Both the position numbers and the translations under genes were made by a program. From a virus (taxonomy: Duplodnaviria; Caudoviricetes): a stretch of DNA of 55,453 bases. The notes under the pieces are model-generated. The model worked only from the letters and a program-made list of their open reading frames with translations, had not been told where the DNA came from and did no database searches. Below are positions 53,990 through 55,453 of the stretch, in pieces; the stretch's first letter is position 1, and each line of letters opens with the position of its first letter. The stretch covers positions 1-55,453 of the IMG/VR virus record IMGVR_UViG_3300034093_000080. One strand, given 5' to 3'.

Positions 53990-54523
53990 ATGGATTCTCG
54001 TTTAAAAAAATCTCTATCTGCTGGTGGACGCGAAAATCGCGCGAGTCTTGACAAAAGTCGAGAGGCACCAGAGGATAATTTCGTGTCAGCCGATGAGCGC
54101 CGCAAGGCGTGGAAGGACGAATGGACACAAAGTGCATTGCCGTCTGTCCCTGATATTAAGGGATGGCACCTTTGCTGGTTATCTACGACCAACAGTTATG
54201 ACAGTATCGACAAGCGCATTCGACTTGGGTATGTTCCTGTGAAAGCGGAAGAACTCCCCGGGCTGGATGGCAACAAAGTCAAGGCTGGGGAACACGCTGG
54301 GTTTATTTCGTGCAATGAGATGCTCTTGTACAAGATTCCAATGGAACTGTATCAAGATGTTATGGCTCATTTCCACCACGAAGCGCCTCTTGAGGAAGCG
54401 AACAAAATTCGCCTTCAAGCAGAGCAGGCCGTGGGACGAGATAGTTCTGGGCGCAAGTTGGGACAGGTCGAGGGCGAAGGTTTGGATGATATTGATAAAC
54501 AGTTACCCGCACCAGTTTTCTGA
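53990..54523 (+). CDS. Conserved head-module protein
   Basis: LP..P...GWHLCWLS...R.RLGYVPVK.EE...MLLYKIP motif. Confidence 0.65.
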   Translation: MDSRLKKSLSAGGRENRASLDKSREAPEDNFVSADERRKAWKDEWTQSALPSVPDIKGWHLCWLSTTNSYDSIDKRIRLGYVPVKAEELPGLDGNKVKAGEHAGFISCNEMLLYKIPMELYQDVMAHFHHEAPLEEANKIRLQAEQAVGRDSSGRKLGQVEGEGLDDIDKQLPAPVF

Positions 54524-54556
54524 GCGGGTGAATTTAACCAAACAAGGAGTAAGACT

Positions 54557-55129
54557 ATGTCTTCATTGAACCAGCCCTTTGGTCTGCGTCCCTCGTTCCA
54601 CCCATCTGGTTTGGATCGTGCGGTTGCGTTGGCTGATGGCATCGTTTCTGGCTATACCAGTGACATCTTGAAGGGCCAGCCCGTCAAGTTGGACACTACA
54701 GGTGTAATTCAAGCCGCCGCCGCAGGTGATGCGTTCCTCGGAGCCTTTGCTGGCTTTGAGTGGACTGACACTACTGGTCGTCGTCGTGTGAGCAATTATT
54801 TCCCTGCCAACACTGCATACACAACTGGCTCTGCCATTGCGTACTACTACCAAGACCCCGCTATCGTTTATGACATTCAAGCCAATGGCTCGTTGGCACA
54901 AACTACTTTGGGCGCTCAGTCTGATTTTGCCTCTATTACAGCAGGCTCCACGACCACTGGACTCTCTCAGTGTGTCATTAGCACCTCGGTTGTTTCCGCT
55001 GGTTCTTCTGCACAGTTGAAGATTATTGGTTTGACCCCCGGCGTTGATAACGCATGGGGAGATGCATACACAGTTGTGCAAGTTCAAGTTAACGAGTCGC
55101 AGTTCAATGCGTCTGTTAACGCAGTTTAA
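54557..55129 (+). CDS. Capsid decoration / minor head protein
   Basis: PFGLRP, I..GQPV, DP.IVYDIQ, TTGLS. AAGGAG RBS. Directly before the capsid gene. Confidence 0.7.
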   Translation: MSSLNQPFGLRPSFHPSGLDRAVALADGIVSGYTSDILKGQPVKLDTTGVIQAAAAGDAFLGAFAGFEWTDTTGRRRVSNYFPANTAYTTGSAIAYYYQDPAIVYDIQANGSLAQTTLGAQSDFASITAGSTTTGLSQCVISTSVVSAGSSAQLKIIGLTPGVDNAWGDAYTVVQVQVNESQFNASVNAV

Positions 55130-55142
55130 GGGGGACTAAAAA

Positions 55143-55453
55143 ATGGCCGCTCCAATGCGCAGTACCGACTTTCGCTCGATTGTCGAACCCATTCTGAATG
55201 AGTGCTTTGATGGTGTATACGATCAACGCACAGACGAATGGAGCCGTGTCTTCACTGAACAAGAAGGCATTCCCCGTAACTACCACGAAGAGCCAGTCCT
55301 TTATGGATTTGGTGCCGCACCTCAGTTGCCTGACGGCACTCCTGTGTCGTACCAACAAGGTGGCGTGCTGTTCCTCCAGCGTTATGTCTACCAAGTATTT
55401 GGTTTGGCATTCGCTTTGACCAAAGTTTTGGTTGAGGACGGTGACCACATCCG
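55143..55453 (+). CDS. Major capsid protein, 5' part (continues across the join into 1-731; ~304 aa total)
   Basis: ATG at 55143 after GGGGA. MAAPMRSTDFRSIVEPILNECFDGVY...EEPVLYGFGAAP reads in frame into the 18..731 ORF. Follows the scaffold and decoration genes. Confidence 0.88.
   Translation, partial: MAAPMRSTDFRSIVEPILNECFDGVYDQRTDEWSRVFTEQEGIPRNYHEEPVLYGFGAAPQLPDGTPVSYQQGGVLFLQRYVYQVFGLAFALTKVLVEDGDHI
55327..55453. repeat. Terminal direct repeat (circular assembly overlap), copy 2
   Basis: Identical to 1-127. Confidence 0.95.

Larger units (their letters stand above)
1..55453. mobile_element. Complete tailed bacteriophage genome, probably podovirus-like
   Basis: Terminase, portal, capsid, tail fibres, holin/endolysin and replication genes are present. 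Ends overlap and there are no host housekeeping flanks. Confidence 0.93.

Noticed and set aside
1-55453. Specific host assignment (e.g. freshwater Betaproteobacteria)
   Set aside because: The gene families resemble those of aquatic proteobacterial phages, but nothing in the sequence alone fixes the host.

Overview
The window is an apparently complete, circularly assembled ~55.3 kb tailed-phage (Caudoviricetes) genome. Bases 1-127 are identical to 55327-55453, and the major capsid gene runs across that join. No tape-measure, tail tube or sheath gene was recognised, but adaptor, nozzle and several large internal (ejection-type) proteins are present, which points to a podovirus-like virion. Layout: packaging and head genes (terS, terL, a 1426-aa modular protein, portal, GroES-like protein, scaffold, capsid); tail, fibre and lysis genes; ejection proteins up to 29.3 kb; a short leftward recombination operon; a divergent promoter pair with a Cro-like gene; lambdoid-type replication genes (DUF1376 initiator, zinc-finger protein, DnaB-like helicase, RusA); and small early genes behind repeated promoter elements. 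No integrase, DNA polymerase, tRNA or CRISPR array was seen. The most striking feature is a translationally coupled cassette inside the virion module (17201-19034): an acyl carrier protein, a FabF-like ketosynthase with an intact Cys-His-His triad, and a putative GNAT-like protein. It lies directly upstream of an amphipathic ejection-type protein and suggests a phage-encoded protein acylation (lipidation) system. Other notable signals are a shared GG peptide motif system in internal virion proteins, a modular ADP-ribosyltransferase-like polyprotein, an orphan TAGT/GREB1-like glycosyltransferase, and an AGCGAA motif at early-gene starts. All family assignments come from motif recognition by eye, not from database searches.
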